The notes: a model not told the origin generated them from the sequence alone. DNA of 64,000 bases from Eledone cirrhosa (GCA_964016885.1 OZ024742.1:155124001-155188000); one strand, 5' to 3'; shown: positions 43,483-58,857, counted from the stretch's first letter. Numbers and translations are program-made.

Positions 43483-43865
43483 CATTTATACATATATAGA
43501 TACATATATACATACATAATAAATACATTCATACATACACATATAATACATACTTTCATACATACGTATTCCATGCATACATGCGTATATATTATATAGG
43601 GTTCTCACAGAACGTTTATCTTCATCACACGGTACAGACACATTCGTACATGGTAACGGATGATTTATTTTCATATTTCAAACAGAACATTGTGATTCGG
43701 CCTCAAAATATACATATTTTCATGCGGTTCTACCCACGCCCTCGTCTGGCCCAATCCATTACCTGCAACTTCTGCGAATGGAAAATTTTAGAATTGATCT
43801 ATATGTACACATATGCATATATCTGTGCCTGTGTGTGTGTGTAAGTGTGTGTGTGTTTATATATA

Positions 43866-43905
<40 letters not shown>

Positions 43906-44519
43906 GAAAGGTATAGAAAACATATATACATACATATATATATATATATATTATCAAGGTATGTGCGAGAACTAAAAATGAATCATATATTTGTGGCAAT
44001 CATATTATAGTTTTAGAGAAGCCATGATCACACTAGTAATTGTTTTCGCAATTACTATTCAATATGGAACGATAAGACAAAGCCGTATATTTTTGTTATA
44101 CCCATGTATTTATTCGTGCATACACCTTGTCGCTCTTTGCACTCTACCTTTTTTTTCACTTTCTCTTGCATGCGCAAAGAAGACAACATAAAATAAACTA
44201 ATAAATAAATAAATATATAAACAGACTAAATAAAGATGGCGTAGAAAATACAATGCAACGCGAGGAAACAATAGCACCACTGAAGCTGTTGCAGATGTGC
44301 AACGAAAGAACTTTGATAAACTATATATATGTGTTTTGTGTCTATATAGTATCTGTATTACGTTTGCCCGTTGGTCAGTCAATGGCAACATTGAGGACCG
44401 AATACATTAGATTACCGATATAAAAGACACAGAAGCGAAAAGCGAAAACCAACCAAACAGTGAGTGTGTTCTGTTATTAATTCTGGCAATATTACACAAA
44501 TATGACCCTCCCCAAGTAT

Positions 44520-44560
<41 letters not shown>

Positions 44561-44563
<3 letters not shown>

Positions 44564-44620
44564 AAAATGTATGACCCAGACGGCAGAGCCGAAGCCGTTT
44601 CGACGACTATTTCTGGACTA
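44561..44620 (-). mobile_element. Short PLE-tail fragment (hammerhead 3' half) in (TA)n
   Basis: GGGAAAATGTATGACCCAGACGGCAGAGCCGAAGCCGTTTCGACGACTATTTCTGGACTA is similar to 48941-48999. Confidence 0.75.
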
Positions 44621-44699
44621 TTATATATATATACACATATATATATATATATACACACACAAACACACGCACACACACATATACACACACATACACATA

Positions 44700-44789
<90 letters not shown>

Positions 44790-45458
44790 TATACATATTT
44801 ATATATAGAGATATGTATTTGTATGTTCAAATATGTGAGCAGGGGTTATCTTTGTTTGCGCATGGATCTATTAATAAAAGAAAAACCAAAGAAAACGTTG
44901 GTTAATTTTTCAATCCTTCCAGATCTGTCACATTTTAGTCTCCATTTATTTATAAGTTACGTTAAATTTATATTGCTATATCATTATATTTTGAAAAATA
45001 TTTATATATGAACATTTATATTTGTTTTAAACCGTTTACAAACAATGGATGCGCTAAATTCTGATAAGTATAGGTTTTTTTTAATATATATTCATTTCTT
45101 TTCATCCTTTGTGAAACAGCGGTGTTTGAAGTTTCATAAGCAATATCTATCTGAAGGATAATATCTTACATGTTTTTATAATCATTCTAGATTTAAGGAT
45201 GACTGTATTTTTAATATAAAATGGTGACATATATACATTTTTTTAATGGGTTCAATTTTGGATATTACATATGTAAAATGCCTATTTATCTCTCCATGAC
45301 GCTCCTGAATTCTTCTTTACAAAGTTATTTTTTCACAAACATACATAAACTTCAACCTGCTCATGCAACCGTAATCTACAAAATTGGTTCTACAAAAAAA
45401 AAATTCTCGATATTTTTTTTCGATTCAACAAAAATTAATACCTGTTTAATTTTAATTA

Positions 45459-45588
<130 letters not shown>

Positions 45589-45908
45589 CAGATACGAAGA
45601 ATGCACATGTACACACACACATACAGAGACTCTCTGTCTATATATATACATATATATATTTATATATATATAAAACCAAAGATTAATATGGTTCGTTGAT
45701 TATTCAACGAATACAATTTTACAATAGATTAGAAGCACTCATCAGTAAATTTTCCTGGAGTATGTACTATTATTCAAAATATTAATAAATGAAGAATATT
45801 CTCATAATCGGAATATATATTTTATTATACATATTTCGAGGTACAATGGTGTTTAAGTTCGTTTTCATCAGACAAAATATAAGCTACAGTTTTGATTATT
45901 CAATACCA

Positions 45909-45983
<75 letters not shown>

Positions 45984-46828
45984 TAAACAAATAATGAATA
46001 AACAATTCCTTATATTAAACAAAAAAAGTTCATTATTTAACGATCGTTTCTAGGATATATATGTGTTAGAGTTGGCATGCATATTCAACAGATCTATGTA
46101 CAAAATTATACAAAATTATACAAACTATCAAGATTAAATATACATACCAACACATATATACGCCGTCTTCAGAAATAATGAAATATATTTATTGATAATA
46201 ACAACAATTCAAACTTTCAGGTCCGTTTGGGAACAAAATTGACCAATGAAAATACAAAAGGTTTAATGCCGTTCGGTGTGTGTATATACATGTAATAACC
46301 CTTACACATATTTTACAAAAATGTATGCACAACCTGTATACTCATACAAAAAGGATGGATGCAAATACAAAATTTCAAGGTTAATGTCTCTGTAAGTTTA
46401 TAATGCACAGATAAGATGCGTATAGATACATAAATATGAAAAAAGTGTATACACATATTTTCATACTAACACATATCCGTACAATCACACATACACGCGC
46501 GTATATGCATAAACATACACATAAACTACAAACATACAAACAGACACACACCACCACTCACATATATATATGTGGATATAAAATCCTAAGCACATGGATA
46601 TTAATTCACTCACATAAACACTGGCACACACATTTAGATAAAGATACAGAAATTAGGTGGGAGGGGGGGGAGAGGTCAGTATTCAACGGTTTGGGCTGCC
46701 TGCTTAATATAGATGTATCTATAAACTAAGAAAATAAAAAATAAAAAATAATAATAAATAATAAATAAACATTAAAAAGGAAAGAAAAGAAAAAGAAAAA
46801 AGAAAAAAGAAAAAAGAAATATATCAAG

Positions 46829-46881
<53 letters not shown>

Positions 46882-47100
46882 ACATATATATATCCATATA
46901 TATATATACACACATATATATATACATACACATACATACACACACACAACACATATATATATACACATACACATATACAAAGACATACATACATATACAC
47001 ACATCCACACTTAGAACATAACATACACACACATATATAAACATATACATATACACACATAGATACAAATACACACATACATATAAATACACATATATAT

Positions 47101-47163
<63 letters not shown>

Positions 47164-47456
47164 CACTCATACATAGGCATATAATCACACATACTATATA
47201 GACACACATATATATACACACATACATACACATATACCTACACTTACATACATATATACATACAGATATACACATATATACCTATATATACACACAAATA
47301 CATACAGACATATATACATACATACAGACAAATACTTACGCATCTATATATCGGTATATACATACAAACACCACTACACTCTCACACAACTCAGACATAC
47401 AAAGAAAAAGGTATATACCCATACACATATACATATACAAATAGAGAAACATATAC

Positions 47457-47487
<31 letters not shown>

Positions 47488-47717
47488 TATACACATATAT
47501 ATATATATATATACATACATATACCTATACACATACACACATACACATACAAACACATACATACATGTACACACACATAGATATATATACACACACATAC
47601 ACACATACACATACATATATAGTCATACACACACATACACCTACACATATACAAAGATATATATACACACACACACACACATACACACACACACATATAT
47701 ATAACAAAAAAATGAAG

Positions 47718-47798
<81 letters not shown>

Positions 47799-47895
47799 CA
47801 TACACATACATACACACATACATAGACATATATGTACATACATACATATACATAGATTGGATTGGACACTACCGTAAACTCTTGGTAGATTTATC

Positions 47896-47932
<37 letters not shown>

Positions 47933-47955
47933 GATTTGAATAATCACAACCGTAG

Positions 47956-47991
<36 letters not shown>

Positions 47992-47996
<5 letters not shown>

Positions 47997-48663
47997 ATAA
48001 ACGTGGTTGCTAATGGGTTACATATGAATAAAGTTAGTCCTTCATCAGTGATCTTCCAACCATCATTGGTATTTCATCGCTTTAAAGACCATATACCTCC
48101 GGTTGGTGCCAGCAACGGCTGAAAAAAATCGTTGGGACACGTAGATAAATGGGACACGAGAGTGTAAACAAACAAAGATGGTGAAGCAACGAAAAGTGAG
48201 TAAGAGGGAGTCAAGTCCCAAATTTCCATGAATATAAATTCGGTGAAATCGTGAACGAGAGAGTATAAAGACCAACAAACCTGGTTGGAATGTGAGCAAG
48301 GAAGGAATTCCGGGAGGAAGACGGGATCTAGTCCGTGAATTCGGTGAACGTAAGTTCTGTGAAATCGTAGACGAGAGAGAGAAAAAAAGCGACCTGCCTG
48401 ACCAAGGGTGCGAAAGAAAAGAAAAGAATTACGCACAGGTCAAACGGGAAGAAGGAGGAGGAGGAGAGGTAGTAACAGAGAATGAGTGAGTGAAGGGTGA
48501 GGAAGACGCTACACTTTTCGTTGCTTCACCATATTTGTTTGTTTACACTCTTGTGTCCCCTTTATTTACGTGTCCCAACGACTTTTTTTAGCCGTTGCTC
48601 GCACCAACCGGAGGTATATGGTCTTTAAAGCGATGAAATACCAATGATGGTTGGAAGATCACT
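47992..48663 (-). mobile_element. PLE-tail-like repeat with terminal inversion, in (TA)n
   Basis: 48513-48663 is the reverse complement of ~48047-48199; same family as 35949-36254. Confidence 0.7.
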
Positions 48664-48664
48664 T

Positions 48665-48755
<91 letters not shown>

Positions 48756-48879
48756 TTACATATATATATATATATATACATGTATATATATGAGTGTTGG
48801 TACGTGTTCCTGTGTATTCATTTAGTCACATAAAACACAAACCCCCACCGCACACACACACACACACACACACACACGG

Positions 48880-48940
<61 letters not shown>

Positions 48941-48942
<2 letters not shown>

Positions 48943-50361
48943 AAAAAGTATGACCCCGACGGCAGAGCTCAAGTCGTTTCGACAGCTATTTCTGGACTAC
49001 ATTAAAATGTTTAGCCTGGTGAATAAGTAGCCGAACTTGTCAAGGGGGTACTTCCTTATATGGGAAGATTGTAGTTGTCAAATGGATTGGTTAAAATTTG
49101 TTGTAAACACAAATAAGTCTGTCATGGCAATTGGTGGGAGGTTGGGGTGGTTGAACTGAGTGAGTGGAGCGGTCAAGCGTTGAAAGTGATATGTATACAC
49201 CAGACTCTAAGGATAGTCTGTGAAGTGGAGGAGGGAGGTTATAGAATAGGTAAATCGAATGATAGTAGGAGACATTAAAAGATAATAGAAAAAAAATATA
49301 TATATATATATTTATAAAATTAGATAGTGAGAAATGAATAACAAAATCACAATGCTATCTTACAATTACAGCTTAATAAGTTGAGAATAGAAAAACCATG
49401 TAGAAATTGAGTAGTACCAAAACTGATACAAAATTAACGGGGTTTAACACGTATGCTATAAGTAGTTAGTAAAACGTATTCGGTCAATTCTATCTTAAAA
49501 TTACAGCGGTGGGGGAACTAATGCTACTTTGGCCCGGTGGGCTGCATCGGGGTAGACGAAAGGGGAAAAGCAGACGAGGAAGAAATAGGGGGTGGAAAGA
49601 GGGTGATCTCATGAGAAAGGGGCAAGATGAAGACAAAGAGGAAAATAAAAGAAGAGATACATCTACCTATGTAAGCTGGGGTTTCCCCTAACTTATTCGG
49701 CAAGTGAGGGGGTATCAGCCCTTTTCTACCCGGGTCGTTATGGGGCTTGGGTGCGAGGTAAGTCCTACGCAATATGTGTTTGCATGCGGTTACCAGTTCG
49801 TCTTCTCTTGTTTAGGAGTTGGTCCTTCGAAAACACCATTTGTAATGAGACATGAGAGACGAAGTGGTAATTGCATGAAAACACAGATTGCGTAGGACTT
49901 ACCCCGCACTCAAACCCCATAACGACCCGGGTGGGTAGAAAAGGGCTGATACCCCCCGCACCACACACACACTTGCCGAATAATTTAGGGAAAACCCCAG
50001 CTTACATAGGTAGATGTATCTCTTTTCTTTTCTTTTCCTCTTTGCCTTCTTCATCCCCCTGTCTCATCCTATCACTTCCTTCCACCCTCTATTTTCTTCC
50101 TCGTCTGCTTTTCCCCTTTCGCCTATCCGATGCTGCACATCGGGTTTCGGTAGCATCAGTTCCCCCACTCCTGTAATTTTAAGATAGAATTGGCCAAATA
50201 CGTTTTACTAACTACTTATAGCAGACGTGTTAAACCCCTTTAATTTTGTATCAGTTTTGGTACTACTCAATTTCTACAAGTTTTTTTCTATTCTCAACTT
50301 ATTAACCTGTAATTGTAAGATAGCATTGTAATTTTTTTATTCATTTCTCACTATCTAATTT

Positions 50362-50450
<89 letters not shown>

Positions 50451-50901
50451 GTCTATTATCTTTTGATGTCTCCTACTCTCATTCGATTTACATATTCTAT
50501 AATCTCGCTCCTCCACTTCATACACTATCCTTAGAATCTGCTGTATACATATCACTTTCAACGCTTGACCGCTCCACTCACTCCCCTATTGTTCTACAGG
50601 CAAGTTCAGCCACCCCTACCTCCCACCAAAATGCCATGATAGACTTATTTGTGTTTACAACAAATTTTAATCAATCCTCTTGGCAACTACAATCTTCCCA
50701 TATAAGGAAGTATCCCCTTGACATGTTCGGCTACTTATTCACCAGGCTAAACATTCTAATTTAGTCCAGAAATAGCCGTCGAAACGGCTTGAGCTCTGCC
50801 GTCGGGTTCATACTTTTTCCTATTTCCCACTCTACTACCCTAAATATTGAGTACTCTGGTGCGTTATGGTCCATCTGGTTCCTTACCACAATTCCTTTGT
50901 T
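48941..50901. mobile_element. Large fold-back PLE remnant (arms ~48941-49812 and ~49847-50820, plus tail to ~50901)
   Basis: The arms are diverged reverse complements with a ~34 nt spacer. On the minus strand the centre encodes DQLLNKR..ELVTACKHILRR (frameshifted), like ILNKKSEAISACKH at the end of the 4095-4762 GIY-YIG domain. Confidence 0.88.
50714..50807 (+). ncRNA. Non-canonical type I hammerhead candidate (U3-A8 core, enlarged stem II); mirror copy 48954-49047 (-)
   Basis: CCCC-TTGACA(T/A)-G TT CGGCTA..39 nt..TAGCCG T C-GAAA-CGGC TTGAGCTCT GCCG-TC-GGG(T/G). Confidence 0.6.
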
Positions 50902-51344
50902 ATATATATATATATATATATATATAAATGTAAGTCCAAAGAATCATTAGATAAAATATATATATATATACCCTTTGAATGTTATATGTATATATAAATA
51001 GTTTTCTTAATTTCAATGTTAAGTAAATGTCAGTTGTGCATTTGCAACACCAAAATCAACAAACGCGGGTATATTAAATATATTAACGTTAAAAGATATT
51101 CATTTTTGTTGGAGCACGTAAAATATATTGGTTATATATATGTCTATAATTAAATATTACGTGGCCAATGACATTAACACCGACATTTTGGAAGTAATCG
51201 AGATGCCTGTTTTTGATCGAAATTCCATATTTAAACACACTATGCGTACATTCTTTTCTGTCATGGAAGCACTCTCCACCTGATGTAGAATTTACAACTT
51301 ATATTTCGATCTCTCATCATTCAAAACTCTGCATTGAAACTATA

Positions 51345-51511
51345 GGTAGAGAGAGGGCCGCCATGCTTTACAGCATAGAGTGACGACCCATTACAGTCTG
51401 AGTGGTACGCCGAGTTTGACTTTACCTTTCATTCATACGGAGTCGATAACATAAAGCACCAGTAATGCACTGGGATAACTGCTGGCCTTGTGCTAAAAGT
51501 AGAAACAATTA
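51345..51511 (+). mobile_element. SINE copy (diverged)
   Basis: Similar to the 1258 family through GTAGAAACAATT. Confidence 0.85.
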
Positions 51512-54500
51512 TACAAAACTGAAATTTTACTGATAAATCAAAATGAATATATTGGTTAATGCTACGCGTGTGTGAAATGAACAGTGAAGCTAGTGAATAT
51601 GTGTAGAATGTTAATTTATATATAATGGCAACTTGACTTAGCTACGCTAAAATAGTCCCAGTTTTCATTTCAAGCTAGTGGGTTAATTCAACACTATGAG
51701 GGATTTACTATTGATTCTAGTGAATGCTTCCATGCATAATTCTGAAAAAATTCAGCTGGGAGTAATGTTGTGTTTTATGACTTCTGAATTACACAATGGA
51801 AGATATTCATGCATTAAACATTAAGAATATATATCTTGACCTTTATCATTCATTATCAATATTTTTCCACGTAACATTAATGTTTATGGGCAACACTGAA
51901 ATTCTGCCCATTCTATTGGATGACTTATAACCAGATATGTGTGTCTAGAGAATGTCACCAGCACCACGCTTCTCTATAGTGAACACATTTATATAATAAT
52001 AAATAGGAACTGAAATAAATGAAGATTTTTGCATTTAACATGAACAACAATAAAATGTACGAGTTGTTTGCTGGGGAGTGCATATTTCTTTCGTATTAAT
52101 ATGTCAGATTTATATAGCACACGCCCCATGACTATACACTTAGAAAGAAATGACTGACATATATATATACATTTAGGCCTCTTTTTTCTCGTAGCTAAAG
52201 TCTCGATACTCAACTTCATCAAAAATATCTACCAATTTCATTTAGTTTGTAACAAATCCAACGTAAATATAAATAGTTTAGTTTTTGGTTTAACTAATGG
52301 TTACTAGACTGCTTATTCCAAATGAAAATGTCAGTGTTATAGTTAAACATAAACATCTGATAAAAACGCAAGCCACAAGGAGATGAAGAGAAACTGCGTG
52401 TAATCAAGGGAAAATAGCGAAATGCAAGATAATTAGTTCTAATGACATATTCTCTTAATTGATAAATAGTTGCTGCAATTTGAGTATTGGCATTCACCCA
52501 CTTGATGTCAACGCTTTGAAAACAACTATTCACAATCAACAAAATAGAACACTTGAATAACTGAATGAATTGAATGCTAATTATATATAGCACGACCGCA
52601 GACAATAATAGCTAATTGTAGGTAATTAGAAGAAGTGAAGGTAGTTTTACTATGTACAGATTAAATCATCTGCAAAAGAGATTTAAAAAAAAATAATAAC
52701 CCCAGAAAATTACTTTGATAAAGGCACCAAATATATTCCCTTTCAGCGGTATTTCACAATAATATTATTTAAGGAATATATATTTCTCTAAACTAGCTTT
52801 CCTTGTTGTTTATTACTGACCATTACATTTCATTTATTTATTCTTTTCATTTACTTGTGTATGAGAATGCTGCTCTCTCAGGTTTTTCTTCATTCACCTG
52901 ATCGAGATAAGAGATCAGTTATCAGATTACGGAGTTCCCCGCGAGGATTTTGACAACTTAGGCTCCTATACTATTGGTAATACCGCAGGTGGCTATAATG
53001 GGCGACGCAAAAATGAACGGTTTGCATGAAGACACTTATGATCTTGATAAGATAAATAAGGACAAATGGAAGTCTGTGTTTCGCGTTTTTTTGATTTTCG
53101 AAGCTTCGACTATTATCAGAGAAAGTGCGAGAGACATACTATCACTCAGAGTTTTACTATTTCAGTCAAGCATATTCGCATACTCCCACTTAGAGTGTTA
53201 CTATTTCAGTCATTGGGCAGCGGTCTGACAGTATTTTCAAGAGTTACTGACTATAAAATCCACTAATTTTATTCTTGATCTTATTTTATCGTTATTTTAT
53301 TTTGTCGAACTATTATGTTAGATAAGCGGCACAAACCGGGATAAATAGAAACAACTTCTTAATAAATATTGAAGCTCCAGGAATGTTTGAAATTAGAAAA
53401 TTTTAAAAAGCGGCAGTTTCAAGCGCAGTAAGTAATTTTAATAGCAGTAAATCCCCAAAGAATATAGACGAGATAATTGGGTAAATTACACTTAGAGATG
53501 AAGAATTGTAGCCACCTATGACCACATGTTTCAATCTCTAAATGTAATCTACCCACATTTCTCAGTAAATATCTATAGTGATCGTATGTTATGATGTTTT
53601 CTGTAGTTGGGAATCTCACTGTTTCAAATTCCCATCTATATATATGTAAGATGTTAAACCGTAGACATACAAATACACATACATATATATGTTTATTAAC
53701 AAGTTACGTGTGAAATACCCATAACATATTCCTGGGAAACATGTAATATATTAATTATATCTATATTTATATAACTGGAAGAATTACCTGCAGTAGGATT
53801 TAACTCGGAATGATGTCACTGCGAAAACTAGATTCGACGGCTTTTAAATTATCAACACATATATGTAAGAAACAAATAAATATTTACTTCTTAAATATAA
53901 GCTTAAGTTCACCAATGATTTTTTTGATGAGATGTGAAACGATACCACACATCTGGCTAATTTCTTGGATGCTGTGTCCGCTGTACAACAATCCAACTTT
54001 GGTTTTCCACCGACATATGCACTCACATATTGTTGATGTATGGTTTGAATATGTGAGATTCCATACCAATCAGAAAACATCATAACCACGATTGAGAACA
54101 TCATGAACAACAAAATCAATTCTAAATGCAATCTACAAGACAACAAAACAACTTGAAATAAGAACTGCAGCAACATCAACTGCAACAACAAATTAGCAGT
54201 GAGTGCAACGTATATTGACACATTAGACAAATTAATGGAACTACGACAAATCTCTTAAGAACTGAAATTAGGATTAAGTAAATTTTAAATCAACTGAACC
54301 AAACAAGAATAACAACATCAACTATGGCAATATACCACCGCCACCAGCCAAATCGGCAACAGTTCTAACGATAATAAGAGCAACAACAATAAGAGTAAAA
54401 AATAGCAATGACAAAAACAATCACTGCAGAAATGGTATGTGCATCATAGCACAACGAAAACGAGGGAAGAAACAAACTGTCAGATATAATGTTTGCTACA

Positions 54501-55480
54501 ACTAAGCAAGCTATAATGTGATCAGTCTATCATGTCTGTCAATTTTCAGTTAAGTGATGTGTCATTCTAACACTTATTCGAGAAAGAGCAAGTGAAACAA
54601 CAACACATACACGTTTAATGGAAAAACAATGAATGTGAATAAGAATTAATAATAATAATGATGAAAACAATAACAATACACAACAATTAACAAAATATAA
54701 TGTGGAAGTTAACAACAATAATAACAAGAACAACATCGGGAAATGTTTCCACAACTCCATATCCAAAGAAATAAAAATTAGAAAATACATGATCGTACTA
54801 ACAAAGCCTTAACAATAATAAGCAGCGTACAGCGTTGAGTCCACGCAAAAGGGCAATGATATTCTATCCATCCGATAGCTTTAATGCCCGCGACATCATA
54901 TTTAGGAAGTTACGTCCGTATTTTCATTGGAATTTTCGTGAAAGAATAGAAATAGTTCCTTTTGGATCTCTTTCGCTTATATATATATAAACATTCTTTT
55001 TTTAATTTTACATCAACTATTCGGGTAGATACATGCACTCATTAAGCTTTTACAGACGATCACATCATAAACATCATGAACAATACAAGGGCGAATTTCG
55101 TCGAACATCTTTGAACGTCCCTTCATTTTATCGACCCATGAAAGTATTTGAAGTCATAGCATACAAACCGGATGAAATATCGCATCTAATTTTTAGACAG
55201 AAATATGCCTGAAATACATCGGCTGCATGAGCTACAGATTTCTCCATATATCTGTGGCCATCTATCTGTATGGAATATCTATATATACTTCATATTTTAC
55301 AGTCTAGGCAAAACGGGATATGTTTGTGTCTTCTAGCATTTAAGTTGCATCATTTCGTCCAAAACTAACGGACTTTGTTCTTAACACAATTCAACACCAA
55401 GAATAATAACAGATATTAAAACAACCTACACCGCCACCATAATAAACATCACCGCCATCACTGCCATTAAAGTCACCATC

Positions 55481-55504
55481 ACTACTACTACTACTATTAC
55501 TACA

Positions 55505-55553
<49 letters not shown>

Positions 55554-55700
55554 ATAATAATAATAATAATGCTACTACTACTGCTACTACTATTACTACT
55601 ACTAATTCTGCTGCTGCTGTTGCTGCTGCTGCTACTACTACTACTACTACTGCTACTACTACTACTACTGCTGCTGTTTCTGCTGCTGCAACTCTTACTG
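55481..55700. repeat. (CTA)n/(ATA)n/(CTG)n compound trinucleotide repeat
   Basis: Seen directly; gives the poly-S/V ORFs. Confidence 0.92.
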
Positions 55701-57299
55701 CTGCTTCCACCACCACTAACACATCTAACACCATACACATGAAAAGTATATCCATAAAACATGTCTTGAAGTTAAAGGATACGTATTAGAAGGATTCTCA
55801 TCTGAGGTGTTTCCGTGGTGTTTCTGTCAATATAACAGAACCTACGGAAGCACTATGACTAAGTAATTGGATAATGTCTGTTCATGACTCAAGACCTATT
55901 TAGAGTGATATATACTTTATTTCATTTTAGCTTCGGTGAGCGTTCTTTGAAAATTTCGAGGAATATATCCTATTGTCAATAATGGTAAGGCTCCGTGTTA
56001 TCTCTACTTTTATTTGTATTATTTGTTTTATAAAAGATATTTACGTAACCATGGAGCCGTGATGAGTACATATATATATATGTGTACTCATATAACCATA
56101 TTCATACAAACATATTCAAAGCCGATCTCTCGGATTTTTACGAAGTGCAGGGTTGATAAATCTCATGTAAAGAATTGTGTGCTAATTTGTGGAAGGCGCT
56201 ATAAGCTAGATTATAAAACAGAGTGAAAAACCGTTAGAGACGAAAAAAAAGTGGCCGTCGGCCGCGATGAAAATTCAAAAGCCATATATCCCAGATACGG
56301 TATCTGATAGATATGGAATTTGATTCCTCCTATTTTGGTTTCACTTCAATGTATCACCAAACTTTCCCGTCTCTTAGTTTTATTACCAGATGGTTATTTC
56401 GTTGTTGTTTGTCAGCAATTGTGTGACCTTTTCAGTGATTATATTTGAAACTTTGTGACTCCTCGTTGTTCTGTTTTACACCATCAATATGGAAATTTAT
56501 AACATCAATATGCCTAACTATGATTATGTATGTGCTTTATAGTGTCATTATCATCTTTAAAGCACAACAAATACCCACGCCTTTCAAATTCCAATTTAAA
56601 AGAAATTTTCAGAGTGAAGTTATTGTTTGATGAAAGCATAATTCTAAAAGCGCTGTCTGTCACTTGAAACGTTCGAATAAAAACATGATAAAAAACATGA
56701 ATAAAAACATGATAAAAATATGAAATTCCGACCGAATAAAATGTATAAAAATTACTTCCGAACTTCAAAATTAAAAATGATAAGAAGCTCACTAGATGGT
56801 TATGATGACATGCAATTATCAAAAATATATGCTACATTTAACTAATTTAAAATATATCGGAGAATCTCACGTTTCATTTTGTATCAATGAACATTTGATT
56901 ATATCAGAATTTCTCTAATGTTAATAGTGATAAGATATGCCACAGTTATTTGAGATTATGAACAATAATCAGCATCAATTTTCATAAACAATTTTCATAA
57001 ACCGAGGCACTTATACGACAAATCTTAATTTATATGAGGTTTATTTAGGTTACACATCTTTACACGCCTTTACACACGTACGAACAGGCACACGCTCATG
57101 CAGCTACACATATAGAGTCCCCCATATATATATGCATATATAGTTATGAGGGGAAAATTAATATATAACCCAGAGGCCCCATGCAAGAAAGGTAGAGATT
57201 CCTTCTGAAGAAAAATATGTGGTGAAGAAAAAAGTACAATGAAGATGCAATGTTGTTAAAATACATCCGAACGAAATATTGTCCATCCATTACCCGAAA

Positions 57300-58270
57300 A
57301 ACATACAGCATCAATAATGATATCTTTCAGATTTTGATAGGCTAACGTTAACATAAGAAAGCACCAGTCGTTTGACATAAGCAGAATCAAGTTTGCACCC
57401 TAAATACAAAGATACTCACTTAGCAATATCTACTGACCGATTTCATGCCAGAACAAATGTATAAACTGTATACAACCTGCCAGAACCTCTTCCTGGTGAA
57501 TTATGCTCACAATAACTAAATCATCACATATGAGCAAACAGCTGGGAAGGAAGGAGTTGCTGGAGTGTTGTCCAGCTCCCACTAAACCAGACTGCTACGT
57601 CAGAGGTGCCACGATATAGGAGGAATTTGGTTACAGTCTAGTTAGTCTACAGGAAATCATACGATTCTATTCTCCACAAATGGATGCGAGAGGACGCTCG
57701 ACTTGCTTAACAATTAAATGTGACAAACCTATCTACTCACTGTGGAATAAACAACCAGGATATCACCCACATCATAAGCAGCTGCCCAATGATACCACCA
57801 CGATGATATCTACCTATGTAGTGACCGATACACTATTTAATACAATCCGCAAAAAGGATACACAAAAAAATTGCAGTGATGTGGATGATATATGCATAAA
57901 TAATATGAAGGGGAGCTGGTGGAATTTTCTTGTGAAAACTCCAATAATATGTAAAACATAACAGACCAGGCATAGCTGTATGGGACAGAGAAAAGTAGGT
58001 ATGCACATTAGGGGAAATTAGCTGGCCCAGCATAGATATAAAGACTCGTGAAAAGATGCTGAACTAATGGGGAAACCCCATATACTCTATCCTTAGATTT
58101 GTACTTGTAATTATTTCTGCTCTGTGATACATTAATAAATGCTTCATTCTGAACCACGAGAAGCTGAGCTTTACAGAATAAAAAAAAAGTACGACTATTT
58201 AGGATGTTGGAATCACCTTCAATTAATGGAGTTCTAGAAATATGTAAAGCATTTGAAAGATTCAGAATTT
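57300..58270 (+). pseudogene. Decayed R4/Dong-like non-LTR fragment
   Basis: WWNFLVKTPIICK..RPGIAVWDREK..GEISWP parallels the 11347-11622 RLE fragment. Confidence 0.65.
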
Positions 58271-58282
58271 GGTGGAAATTTA

Positions 58283-58838
58283 TGAAATAATTATTTCATT
58301 TATTGGCCACAAGGGCCGACATATAGGGGACAATACAAAATACTGGGACAGTGGGATTTTACAGACAAATCGAGTAAACAATATGAATAACAATAAAAAT
58401 ACAAGAACAATTCCCAATAGGTGAGGGGGGGGGGGCACACAGGGTTCGCTCAGGTACACCACCAATCCTGAACGATCTGTGCCTGTAGAGTTTATCTCGA
58501 ACCGGCAGTGCCCCCCGGCGAGGGATTTTTGAAATTATACATTTTCCCCGGCTCGAAAGTCCTCTGGAACAGACTGGATATTTCAACTTCGTCGACACCT
58601 AGATCCTCTCCTAGTGCGTCGTCGCACTTATCCACCACTAATCCTCTATAGAACTCGAGATTGGAAGTTCCACTGACCTCATTGCCAGTCTGGTAGAGGT
58701 CAGTGAGTGCCTGGCAACACTCCAGATGCCAGTCACCCAGTCTCGGTCTCTTCTTGACAGAGGACTGCAGCTCAGTCAAAGAGACGTGTTGCGGAAAAGT
58801 CCGCCTGACAAACGGCTTCCACACCTCTTCACCGTTTA
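58283..58838 (-). mobile_element. L1/Tx1-like LINE 3' fragment with internal deletion
   Basis: Similar to 24820-25010 joined to 25468-25847 (about 450 bp missing); LPVRDKLYRH. Confidence 0.88.
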
Positions 58839-58857
58839 ACTACTACTACTGATAATA

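Noticed and set aside
53810-54790. Overlapping ORFs near 54 kb
   Set aside because: Largely degenerate (AAC)n low-complexity sequence; no family recognised.
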